Assembly: GCA_038824035.1 (NCBI GenBank)
Contig: JAWBBW010000002.1
Location: forward strand, 1-64,000
DNA length: 64,000 nt
Direction of reading: 5' to 3'
DNA from: Desulfurococcaceae archaeon
GTDB lineage: Archaea > Thermoproteota > Thermoprotei_A > Sulfolobales > Desulfurococcaceae
Made by a program: the position numbers and the translations under genes. Shown piece after piece: positions 30,949-40,400 of this stretch. Numbering within the stretch: the first letter of the stretch is position 1; every line of letters begins with the position of its first letter. The notes below the pieces were generated by a model that saw only the letters and a list, made by a program, of their open reading frames with translations, was not told the DNA's origin and searched no databases.

Positions 30949-31780
30949 AGTTATCACGGGCTGATTCATGAATAATATTTGGGGGCTTAATATAAAATGG
31001 TATTTTACCATCATGGTAATCCCTTATAATAGCCTTTGCTGCCTCTTCTATCAATGGCTCCTTAGTCGTTTTGTAGAACCACCCTCTCTTAATGGCTAAT
31101 TCCTCCAATATTTTAATGGGATCCCTGATTTCTATGCCATATGCTAGGTAAAAAGCCTCTGGATTATATCTCGTGATCTTATCTATCAATAACAAAGCAG
31201 TATTAACCGGATCCCTTAGCTTCTCTGGTGGAAAGCCTCTTATAACCTTCTCCAACTCGTCGCCCTCAACCGGGATCACGCCAGGGGTATCTATCATTAA
31301 TATGTTCTTGTCGATTCTATATAACTGAGGTCTTTTGGTATAACCAGGATTACCTGGGTATGGACTAGTACTTGCCGAATGCCTTCCCTTCAAAGCATTT
31401 ATTATGGATGATTTCCCAACCTTGGGATACCCTACCACCAAAACCACCGCAGGCAAACGTTTCGCTACTCTCTTGATCGTTTTTCTTAATTTCAGGGTAC
31501 CCTTGTGATGTTTTGCAACCATATAGATAACTTCATATCCTTTTTCAATGAAATATTTTTTCCATTCGTTCGCAACACTCCTAGGTATTAGATCCGCTTT
31601 ATTTAGAACCAGAATCAATTCTTTCCTATATCTACGAACAATGTTCTCAACCCTTTTACTGAAAGTACCAAGAGGGTCTCTCGCATCCAATACCATTAAA
31701 ACTACATCGGCCTTCTTCACTAGCTTTTCGAGCTCATTCCAAGTAGCTAATACAATTCCATTATTTCTCCGTGTTCTCAT
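30923..31780 (-). CDS. Circularly permuted GTPase, RbgA/YlqF/Lsg1 family
   Basis: DARDP, NKADL (G4) preceding GYPKVGKSS (G1) and DTPG (G3). Confidence 0.93.
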   Translation of the reverse strand: MRTRRNNGIVLATWNELEKLVKKADVVLMVLDARDPLGTFSKRVENIVRRYRKELILVLNKADLIPRSVANEWKKYFIEKGYEVIYMVAKHHKGTLKLRKTIKRVAKRLPAVVLVVGYPKVGKSSIINALKGRHSASTSPYPGNPGYTKRPQLYRIDKNILMIDTPGVIPVEGDELEKVIRGFPPEKLRDPVNTALLLIDKITRYNPEAFYLAYGIEIRDPIKILEELAIKRGWFYKTTKEPLIEEAAKAIIRDYHDGKIPFYIKPPNIIHESARDNYDHKSENR

Positions 31781-32360
31781 AACAATCCTCGTATGTCTTT
31801 ATTACATCGAATGGAAGATCTGTAAGCCAATCTATTTTAATACCGGGAACTAAACTTGATCTACCATTGATCACGTTACATATTAGATCAGCGACTTCTT
31901 CTGGCGTAGTATTAGTAGTCTCTATTTCATACATGTTATCAACGTCAAATGTCTCGATCACATTGTAGGCAACTATCCCTAGGATCTCTGCCATCACGTT
32001 TTCACATATTTTCCGCCTATCCCACCCCCTTGCTTTCAATCTCTCATCTAGTTTAAGGGGATGGGTTCTTAGCACAAAGACCTTGTGGACCATCCATGGA
32101 GGCAGTATTTCTGGGTAATGCGTGTGTATGACCACGTCACCATTGATCCCCTCTATGTACTCGTATAACTTATTGATCAACTTGGCTTCATCCACTATAT
32201 AAGATTGTCTTTTCTCATCTAGCCCTATTACGAGGTTGTTTTCCACGGCAAAGGAGCTTAGATCAATAGATATCAAGCCGCATTTTTCGCGTAGTGATCT
32301 GGCAACACTCGATTTCCCCGTACCAGGTGTTCCCGCCACAACTATTATTTTTTTCTTCAA
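31761..32360 (-). CDS. AK6/Fap7-family adenylate kinase/ATPase
   Basis: GTPGTGKS, hhhxH motif (VVIHTH), RLKARGW..KIxENVxAE. Confidence 0.9.
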   Translation of the reverse strand: MKKKIIVVAGTPGTGKSSVARSLREKCGLISIDLSSFAVENNLVIGLDEKRQSYIVDEAKLINKLYEYIEGINGDVVIHTHYPEILPPWMVHKVFVLRTHPLKLDERLKARGWDRRKICENVMAEILGIVAYNVIETFDVDNMYEIETTNTTPEEVADLICNVINGRSSLVPGIKIDWLTDLPFDVIKTYEDCYENTEK

Positions 32361-32457
32361 CTAGAAAGCACCTTGAACAACTAATTATAGATGATAATCG
32401 TAACAGATTTTATATATCAGATATCAAATAACTATGTTTACAGCTTGGTGATTATTT

Positions 32458-34134
32458 TTGAACATGCATGTTAAAAGAGCCGGGGAGATCGACTACACAA
32501 TGCCCAGTTTAAGAGAAGGTGAAGAGGTCTTATCACTGACTATGAGCGTGTGCCCATATTGTTATCGCGCACTGCCGGCTATCATTTTCGAGAGATCGGG
32601 CAAGGTCTATATAAGGAGAGTTTGCCCAGAGCACGGCGAGATCGAGGAATTATATTATGGAGATGTAGAGTTCTATAAAAGAGTTATGGAATTCCAAGAG
32701 GAGGGTCGAGGAGCAAAATACATATACACATCAGTCAAAGCCGCTTGCCCATTCAACTGCGGTCTATGCTCTATGCATAAACAGCATAGTGCATTAATAA
32801 ATCTAGTGGTGACGAACAGATGTGATCTAAGTTGCTGGTATTGCTTCTTCTACTCTGAAGCAAGTGGCTATGTATATGAACCATCATTGGACCAGATAAG
32901 AGACATGGTGAGGAATATTAAGAAACAAGGAGTGACCGTTGCTGTCCAACTAACTGGAGGAGAGCCGCTGTTACGCGATGACCTAGTCGACATAGTTAAA
33001 TTACTCAGAGAAGAAGGAGTGAGACACATTCAATTAAATACTAATGGTATAAAGTTCGCCGAACTTTATCTACAAAATCCTGAAAAGGCGATTGAGTATG
33101 CCCGTTCTCTAAGATCAAGTGGATTAAATACCGTTTACCTAAGTTTTGATGGCATCTCACCTAGAACTAATTGGAAAAACCACTGGGAGGTACCATATAT
33201 ATTTGAGGTATTTAGGAAAGCTGGTATAACAAGCGTAGTGTTAGTACCCACAATAATAAAAGGTGTTAATACCCATGAATTAGGGGGGATCATAAGGTTT
33301 GCCGCCAAGCACGTGGACATAGTTAGAGCTGTAAATTTCCAGCCAGTTAGCCTAACAGGCCTCATGAAACAACATGAAAGAGAAAAATACAGAATAACTA
33401 TACCAGATCTCGTTAAACTCATCGAAGAACAAACAAATGGGGAGATAAACAGGGATTCCTGGTTCCCCGTAAATGCAAGTGTCGTTTTCTCGAGGTTTAT
33501 AGAGAGCTTTAGCGGCGAGTTCAAATTCGAAATGGCAAATCATCCCATATGTGGTGTGGGTACTTATGTCTATGTAGATAAAACAAATAATAAAATAAGA
33601 CTAATACCAATAACAGATTTCGTAGACATAAAGGGTTTATTGGAATACTTGAGAGATAAATGGGAGGAACTTGTAACAGGCTCGAGCAGGTTGTTAACAG
33701 GGTTAAAATTGCTCTATAATATAAGAAAATTTATACATCAGGAAAAGGCCCCTGAAGGATTTGATCTCTACAAATTATTATTCAACATCATAGTGAAAAG
33801 AAGTTATGAAGCGCTTGGAGAACTTCATTATAAGTTATTATTTATTGGTCAAATGCATTTCATGGATCTCTATAACTATGATATACAACGTGTTCAAAGA
33901 TGTAATATACATTATAGTGTACCCGATGGTAGATTAATACCTTTCTGTGCCTTCAACATATTTGACGACATCTATCGGGATAAGATACATAGAGAATACG
34001 GGATCCCGTTGAACGAGTACTCCCATAAATACAATCTACCAGAAGGAGTTGTAGCGAAAAAATATATTAGAAACCGCAAGTTATTGGAATCATCTGAAAT
34101 ATATAAAAGTACGTATAAAGACATACTCTTCTAG
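32458..34134 (+). CDS. tes: Tetraether lipid synthase Tes (GDGT-MAS), radical SAM
   Basis: N-terminal CPYC...CPEHG, CPFNCGLCSMH, CDLSCWYC, HPICG, RCNIHY..PDGRLIPFC. Confidence 0.88.
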   Translation: MNMHVKRAGEIDYTMPSLREGEEVLSLTMSVCPYCYRALPAIIFERSGKVYIRRVCPEHGEIEELYYGDVEFYKRVMEFQEEGRGAKYIYTSVKAACPFNCGLCSMHKQHSALINLVVTNRCDLSCWYCFFYSEASGYVYEPSLDQIRDMVRNIKKQGVTVAVQLTGGEPLLRDDLVDIVKLLREEGVRHIQLNTNGIKFAELYLQNPEKAIEYARSLRSSGLNTVYLSFDGISPRTNWKNHWEVPYIFEVFRKAGITSVVLVPTIIKGVNTHELGGIIRFAAKHVDIVRAVNFQPVSLTGLMKQHEREKYRITIPDLVKLIEEQTNGEINRDSWFPVNASVVFSRFIESFSGEFKFEMANHPICGVGTYVYVDKTNNKIRLIPITDFVDIKGLLEYLRDKWEELVTGSSRLLTGLKLLYNIRKFIHQEKAPEGFDLYKLLFNIIVKRSYEALGELHYKLLFIGQMHFMDLYNYDIQRVQRCNIHYSVPDGRLIPFCAFNIFDDIYRDKIHREYGIPLNEYSHKYNLPEGVVAKKYIRNRKLLESSEIYKSTYKDILF

Positions 34135-34191
34135 TATTCTAGTATTTAGAAAAACTTTGATTTAAGACATTACGTATAAAGACATACTCTT
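34110..34191. repeat. 21-bp direct repeat tacgtataaagacatactctt x2
   Basis: Copies at 34110-34130 (inside tes 3' end) and 34171-34191. Confidence 0.9.
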
Positions 34192-34235
34192 ATCGAGCAA
34201 AATGGAGAGATAATTATAAAAAATTATAAGGAATG

Positions 34236-34309
<74 letters not shown>

Positions 34310-34412
34310 TCACCCGCAAAGGCATCATCCTTTATCAATTATTTTAGAGTATTTAAATACATTTCCTCTAGAGAATTTAAAAGTCTCCATTTTATATTAA
34401 AAATAACGAATA

Positions 34413-34502
34413 AGCCGGGTCGTCTAGCGGCCAAGGATGCGGGGCTCTGGCCCTTGCAGGGGGAGAGCCCCCGTGACCGGGGTTCGAATCCCCGCCCGGC
34501 TA
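34413..34502 (+). tRNA. tRNA-Gln(CTG) with 17-nt intron (34451-34467)
   Basis: A1:U72 acceptor AGCCGGG; CGGGG-CTCTGG[intron]C-CCCCG. Confidence 0.94.
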
Positions 34503-34507
34503 TTTCC

Positions 34508-35092
34508 TCATAGTTTCTTATAACTCCTTGTATCAAAGCCTATAATGATCCTGGATATAGCTGAAGCTATTTTATCCGCTATTCTCAGAGGTTCTGGTAT
34601 TGGGCTATATATACACGTCTTATTAATGATCTCGATGGCCGTTTCTATGTCTATGCCTATGTTCAATATCTGCACAGGTCTCCACGCTGTATCAACATAT
34701 ATTAATCGTTCATATACTTTCTCAATGATTTCGAATCTCTTCTCACCATTTGCAAAATGTTTCCCAAGGGCCTTTCTAATCTTTTCAATATCTAATGGAT
34801 ATTGCTGAAACACTATTATTGGTTTCCTCACTTCCTTGTAGAGTTTGAAGGGATCTACAACATCGAAACCAACATATGTTACCCCATCAAGGAATATTAA
34901 GTCCCCATCCAATAACCCTGAGATCTCCTTGATCAACTGGTGCGAGAACCCGAGGTCTACCGGGGTTTTAGCCCAAGCAATTTTCTCTACATTGTTTATT
35001 TCATTGACTAGGACTCCCACAATAACCGTTGATCCTTTACCTTTCTTGAATATAAATGGGAAAAATCCATCATCATATGCCTCATATTTCAT
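34508..35092 (-). CDS. DUF99 family (endonuclease V-like) protein
   Basis: DDGFF, LDGVTYVGFDVVDP, IPEPLRIADKIAS. Confidence 0.9.
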   Translation of the reverse strand: MKYEAYDDGFFPFIFKKGKGSTVIVGVLVNEINNVEKIAWAKTPVDLGFSHQLIKEISGLLDGDLIFLDGVTYVGFDVVDPFKLYKEVRKPIIVFQQYPLDIEKIRKALGKHFANGEKRFEIIEKVYERLIYVDTAWRPVQILNIGIDIETAIEIINKTCIYSPIPEPLRIADKIASAISRIIIGFDTRSYKKL

Positions 35093-36273
35093 TACTCGAA
35101 TTCCTCCAATGCCTTTTTAATCAAATGTACCAGATCTTTCCTGGCTCTGATTACACGAGTCACGCCATGCCTACCCCTATTTACGATCTCCGAGATTATC
35201 AAGCCCATCATGTCAAGTTGTGAAATTATTTCACTAACTCTCCTCATCGTGAGTGGTTCATAATTTAGTTTTCTTATTTCATTTGAGTATTTAGCATAGA
35301 CCTCTCCTGTGGTCGTGTTACCCTTAGCTTCAACAAGCTCTATAATGCTTTTCAAAACAATTTTCTGATGCAATGGCAACCCTATAATACTTTGTATGAT
35401 TTTTCCCTCCTCGATCTCGATGGATGCTTTTTTCACATGATCAATGGTTATTTTTGTGTCGTTCATCCTTTCGGCGATTTCGCCCGCGACTCTGAGGAGA
35501 TCCAAAGCTCTACGTGCATCACCGTGTTCACGTGCTGCCAGCGCAGCACAGAATGATATAACCCCATCATCTATAACACCGGGCTTGAATGCTAAATCAG
35601 CGCGTTGTTTGAGTATCGTATACAATTGTTCAGCGTTATAGGGAGAGAAAACTAATTCTTCCTCGCCTAGACTAGATCTGACTCTTGGATCTAAGTTCTC
35701 CACGAAATTTATATCGTTCGTTATGCCAACTATGGCTACTTGTGCCTTAGTTAAATCCTCGTTTATTCTGAGAAGTTTATATAATAAATCATCTCCCTCC
35801 CGTTTAACGAAGTAATCGATTTCATCTAAAACGATTATATGAAGACCTCCCCAACCATCTAAGGCATTCATATATCTCCTATATATTTCACTTATCGCTA
35901 AACCTGTATGCGGTGTCCTCATCCCCAGGGTAGACGCTATGGTTGCTAATACCTTGTATGAAGTATCAACTTTTCTTGTATTCACATATGCATAATTTAT
36001 CCTAGTATCCAGTGAAGGTGCTTTCTCGATGAGTTTCTTGACCACATACTTAGTTACAACTGTTTTACCTGTCCCCGTGAGCCCATAAATGAGAACATTG
36101 TTAGGTCTCTCCCCTTGCAATGAGACAACCAGGATCTCGGCAAGTTTTCTTATCTCATTTTCTCTATGAGGAAGAGTCTCTGGGATATAATCAGGGTGAA
36201 GCACTTCTCGATTAGCAAAGATCCTGGAGATCAATCCCCGTCTTTTAATGATCTCTTCTATTATGTCGTGCAT
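35092..36273 (-). CDS. cdc6: Orc1/Cdc6 replication initiator
   Basis: LPHRE, GLTGTGKT, VLDEID, HGDARRALDLL, winged helix. Confidence 0.97.
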   Translation of the reverse strand: MHDIIEEIIKRRGLISRIFANREVLHPDYIPETLPHRENEIRKLAEILVVSLQGERPNNVLIYGLTGTGKTVVTKYVVKKLIEKAPSLDTRINYAYVNTRKVDTSYKVLATIASTLGMRTPHTGLAISEIYRRYMNALDGWGGLHIIVLDEIDYFVKREGDDLLYKLLRINEDLTKAQVAIVGITNDINFVENLDPRVRSSLGEEELVFSPYNAEQLYTILKQRADLAFKPGVIDDGVISFCAALAAREHGDARRALDLLRVAGEIAERMNDTKITIDHVKKASIEIEEGKIIQSIIGLPLHQKIVLKSIIELVEAKGNTTTGEVYAKYSNEIRKLNYEPLTMRRVSEIISQLDMMGLIISEIVNRGRHGVTRVIRARKDLVHLIKKALEEFE

Positions 36274-36436
36274 TATTATCCACCAGGGTCATTATCCGAA
36301 GACGTAGAGGATAAAACCTGGATTACAAACCAGATATACGTCATCATGTGTTTTAAAACCATTTTCTTAGCATCTTTTCTCTAGTAGTAAATAAAAGACT
36401 TTTAAGCCTATTTAAAACAAATGGTATATTAAGAGT

Positions 36437-36526
<90 letters not shown>

Positions 36527-36638
36527 TCTCTTTAATTTTAAAATATAAGATGTCACATTGATCCTAGGGATAGGTATTTAAAAGTTGTTTAAAGAATCTC
36601 TACTACAAGAAGTAGTTGTATTTATTGGGTGCTTTGTA

Positions 36639-36896
36639 ATGACTAAGAAGATAAACATCCTGGAACACGAGTTAGTACCCAAGCACGAGGTCCTTACTCA
36701 TAAAGAGGCATATGAAGTTCTAAAGAAGCTAAATGTCGAGCCATGGCAATTGCCATGGATCTCTGTTAATGACCCTGTCGCCAAGGCCATTGGGGCTAAA
36801 CCAGGTGATATAATTCGGGTCATTAGAAAAAGCCCTACTGCAGGTGTTTCAATAGCATATAGATATGTAGTTGTGGATGTAGTGAAGAGGGCGTAG
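36639..36896 (+). CDS. rpoH: RNA polymerase subunit H (Rpo5)
   Basis: [24 protein letters not shown]. Confidence 0.97.
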   Translation: MTKKINILEHELVPKHEVLTHKEAYEVLKKLNVEPWQLPWISVNDPVAKAIGAKPGDIIRVIRKSPTAGVSIAYRYVVVDVVKRA

Positions 36897-36899
36897 GAA

Positions 36900-39800
36900 A
36901 TGAATACCACAACGTATGAAAATAACCTCACAACTGACGATCTATGGCTTGTAGCTAAGAAGTATTTCGAGGAAAAAGGCTTAGTTAGACAGCACCTGGA
37001 TAGCTATGATAGGTTTGTAAGGGAAATATTGCCTGCCATAATAGAGGAATTCGGACATGTTAAGATAACCGAAACGCTGGAAATAATTATAGAGAAACCA
37101 AAAATAGGTACACCTCAATGGGTAAATATCGATGGCACTATAGAGGAGAAAACCCCCTTAGAATGTAGAATTAGAAATATAACATACGCCGCACCTGTTT
37201 ACGTGACTGTTAAGATCAAGGATGAAAGTGGATATTCACGTGAAATGGAGCTTAAAATGATGGATCTCCCAGTCATGCTTAAATCGAGCATTGATCCACT
37301 AAGTAAAATGTCCCCTCAAGAACTGGTGGCGATCGGCGAAGATCCTAGAGACCCTGGTGGTTACTTCATCATAAATGGCAGTGAAAAGGTATTGATAGCA
37401 CAGGAGGATTTAGCAAGCAACAATATATTAGTAGACATAGCACAGGAGGGAACCGGCGCTACTCATATAGCGAAAGTGACAAGCGCTGCTAAGGGACGTA
37501 GATCACAGTTAATAATTGAGCGACGCAAAGATGGCATTTTCTACGCAATTTTCCATGGACATCGAATACCTGCCATAATACTCATGGTCGCTCTTGGGCT
37601 AGATCTACAGGAAGTGGCATACGCTGTTAGTCCTGATCCTCTTTACCATAATTACCTATTACCATCAATGATTCATGCTGAACAGTTATTGCCGCCTCCC
37701 GAATTCCCAGAGAACGTTTCCGAGGAAGAATATAAGATCATTAAAGAGGAGTATAGAAGGAAGTTAACAGAGGAGGCATTAAATTACATAGGATCCAGAA
37801 TAGCCATTGGCAAGCCACGTGAAGAAAGAATAGCTAGAGCCCAAAGACTTCTAGATGAAAGACTTTTACCCCATATTGGAACCGATCCCTCAATAGAAAC
37901 CAGGATTTTAAAGGCAGTATTCATAGGCCAAATGATCGCCAGGATCATAGAATTGATATTGGGCTTTAGAGAGCCCGATGACAAGGATCATTACAGGAAT
38001 AAGCGGTTAAAATTAGCTGGAGATCTTCTGGCTACATTGTTGAGAACAGCTCTTATGAGTTTTACAAGAGAATTAAAAGAAGAAGTAGAAAAACAGATCT
38101 CAAAGACAAGGAAAATTGACATAAAAAATGCATTTAAATACGGTATAATAACCGAGAGATTTCTACACGCAATGGCAACCGGTAACTGGCCAGGAGGCAG
38201 GACAGGAGTAAGTCAACTACTTGACAGGACAAACATGTTAAGTACGCTTAGCCATCTACGAAGAGTGGTCTCTCCATTAGCAAGAGGACAACCACATTTT
38301 GAGGCCAGAGAGCTTCACGGAACTCAATGGGGCAGGATCTGTCCATTCGAAACACCCGAAGGGGCCAACATAGGTTTAGTGAAAAACCTAGCAGTAATGG
38401 TAAATGTAAGCGTAGGTATAGATGACAAAGAAATCGAGAATTTACTATATCAACTTGGTGTAGTCCCTATTGTAACGAAAAGAGTGAATAACAAGATCTA
38501 TAAAGGCTATTTAGATATAATCAAGGAAAGAGCGGAAAAGGGATTACTAAGTGGGAGCGAGTTTGCAAAGTGGAGTAAGGTCTTTCTTAATGGAAAACTG
38601 ATAGGATATTGTCAGAACGGGGAAGAGCTTGTAAATACGCTTAGAAACATGCGGAGAAAAGGGAAAATAAGTAACGAAATAAACGTTGCCCATATTAAGA
38701 CTGAGCATATTAATGAAGTTATAATCAATTCTGATGCCGGCCGTCTTAGAAGGCCGTTGATAGTGGTCGAAAACGGTATTCCAAAATTAACAAAGGAACA
38801 TATAAAGGCTCTTTCCGAGGGAAAAATAACATTCGAAGACCTAGTTAAACAAGGTATAATAGAATATCTAGATCCGGATGAAGATGAAAATGCGTTCGTT
38901 GCCTTAACACTGGATCAGGTTACACAAGAACACACTCACTTAGAAATATGGGTACCTGGTATACTTGGTATAGCAGCATCAATCATACCATACCCAGAAC
39001 ATAACCAGAGCCCGAGAAACATGTATGAAGCTGCCATGGCTAAACAAGCACTCGGACTTTACTCAGCTAATTTCCAGAGACGGCTAGATACTCGTGGTCA
39101 TCTATTACATTATCCGCAAAAACCACTTGTTCAGACAAGAATCATGGATATAATAGGTTATAATGAACGGCCAGCTGGTCAGAACATGGTTGTAGCAGTA
39201 TTGACATATACTGGTTATAACATGGAGGATGCGCTTATAATGAATAAGAGTAGTGTAGAACGGGGATTGGGGAGATCCACATTTTTCAGATTATATGCAA
39301 CCATTGAATATAAATATCCAGGTGGAATACAGGACGAGATCACAATACCATCCGCAGATGTAAGAGGATATAGAGGTATGCGGGCATACGAAAAACTTGA
39401 AGAAGACGGTATTGTGGCGCCTGAAACAAGTGTTATAGGAGGGGATGTCTTAATAGGCAAGGTCAGCCCGCCCCGATTCCTTAGTGCACAGGAATATGGC
39501 TTTGGCAGTGGTTTATCCAGACAAGACACCAGTGTTGTAATGAGACATGAGGAAAAAGGCGTTGTAGATGTCGTTGCGATCACAACCGATGGTGAAGGTA
39601 ATAGGTTAATAAAGGTCAGGGTTCGCGATCTCCGGGTACCTGAACTAGGAGATAAATTCGCGTCGAGGCATGGACAAAAAGGTGTGCTTGGATTATTAAT
39701 ACCTCAATATGATATGCCGTTCACAGAAGAAGGCGTAACACCAGACTTGATAATAAATCCACATGCATTTCCAAGCCGCATGACAGTGGGACAATTAATA

Positions 39801-40394
39801 GAGAGTATTGCCGGCAAAGTGGCTGCCTTAAGCGGGACATTTATAGATGCTACACCGTTTTATAAAACACCTGTTGAAGACCTCCAGGTAATTCTGAAAA
39901 AACACGGATATTCGCCTACTGGGGAAGAAGCAATGTATGATGGTAGAACCGGTGAAATGTTGCAATCACCTGTGTTTATAGGCATAGTTTACTATCAGAA
40001 ACTACACCACATGGTCAGCGACAAAATACATGCCCGCGCAAGAGGACCCGTACAGATCTTAACAAGACAACCTACAGAGGGTCGTTCGAGAGCTGGGGGA
40101 CTTAGATGGGGCGAGATGGAAGTTGATTGCCTAGTTGGCCATGGAGCATCATTGTTGCTCAAAGAAACAATGACTGATCGAAGTGACTTAACCAGAATAT
40201 ACGTATGCGAAGAATGTGGCATGATCGGCTGGTATGATAGGATACATGGTAAATTCATGTGCCCAATACATAAAGAGAAGGGCTCTTTAAAACCAGTAGA
40301 GGTGTCATATGCATTTAAACTACTCATACAGGAATTGATAAGTCTTGGTATAAGGCCTAGACTCATTCTTGAAGATATCGCGAAGAGGAGGTGA
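36900..40394 (+). CDS. rpoB: RNA polymerase subunit B (Rpo2), unsplit
   Basis: GYNMEDA, GDKFASRHGQKG, GGLRWGEME. Confidence 0.99.
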   Translation: MNTTTYENNLTTDDLWLVAKKYFEEKGLVRQHLDSYDRFVREILPAIIEEFGHVKITETLEIIIEKPKIGTPQWVNIDGTIEEKTPLECRIRNITYAAPVYVTVKIKDESGYSREMELKMMDLPVMLKSSIDPLSKMSPQELVAIGEDPRDPGGYFIINGSEKVLIAQEDLASNNILVDIAQEGTGATHIAKVTSAAKGRRSQLIIERRKDGIFYAIFHGHRIPAIILMVALGLDLQEVAYAVSPDPLYHNYLLPSMIHAEQLLPPPEFPENVSEEEYKIIKEEYRRKLTEEALNYIGSRIAIGKPREERIARAQRLLDERLLPHIGTDPSIETRILKAVFIGQMIARIIELILGFREPDDKDHYRNKRLKLAGDLLATLLRTALMSFTRELKEEVEKQISKTRKIDIKNAFKYGIITERFLHAMATGNWPGGRTGVSQLLDRTNMLSTLSHLRRVVSPLARGQPHFEARELHGTQWGRICPFETPEGANIGLVKNLAVMVNVSVGIDDKEIENLLYQLGVVPIVTKRVNNKIYKGYLDIIKERAEKGLLSGSEFAKWSKVFLNGKLIGYCQNGEELVNTLRNMRRKGKISNEINVAHIKTEHINEVIINSDAGRLRRPLIVVENGIPKLTKEHIKALSEGKITFEDLVKQGIIEYLDPDEDENAFVALTLDQVTQEHTHLEIWVPGILGIAASIIPYPEHNQSPRNMYEAAMAKQALGLYSANFQRRLDTRGHLLHYPQKPLVQTRIMDIIGYNERPAGQNMVVAVLTYTGYNMEDALIMNKSSVERGLGRSTFFRLYATIEYKYPGGIQDEITIPSADVRGYRGMRAYEKLEEDGIVAPETSVIGGDVLIGKVSPPRFLSAQEYGFGSGLSRQDTSVVMRHEEKGVVDVVAITTDGEGNRLIKVRVRDLRVPELGDKFASRHGQKGVLGLLIPQYDMPFTEEGVTPDLIINPHAFPSRMTVGQLIESIAGKVAALSGTFIDATPFYKTPVEDLQVILKKHGYSPTGEEAMYDGRTGEMLQSPVFIGIVYYQKLHHMVSDKIHARARGPVQILTRQPTEGRSRAGGLRWGEMEVDCLVGHGASLLLKETMTDRSDLTRIYVCEECGMIGWYDRIHGKFMCPIHKEKGSLKPVEVSYAFKLLIQELISLGIRPRLILEDIAKRR

Positions 40395-40400
40395 TCTTGA

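Noticed and set aside
36274-36436. cdc6-adjacent replication origin
   Set aside because: Short spacer with divergent promoters and no recognisable ORB repeats
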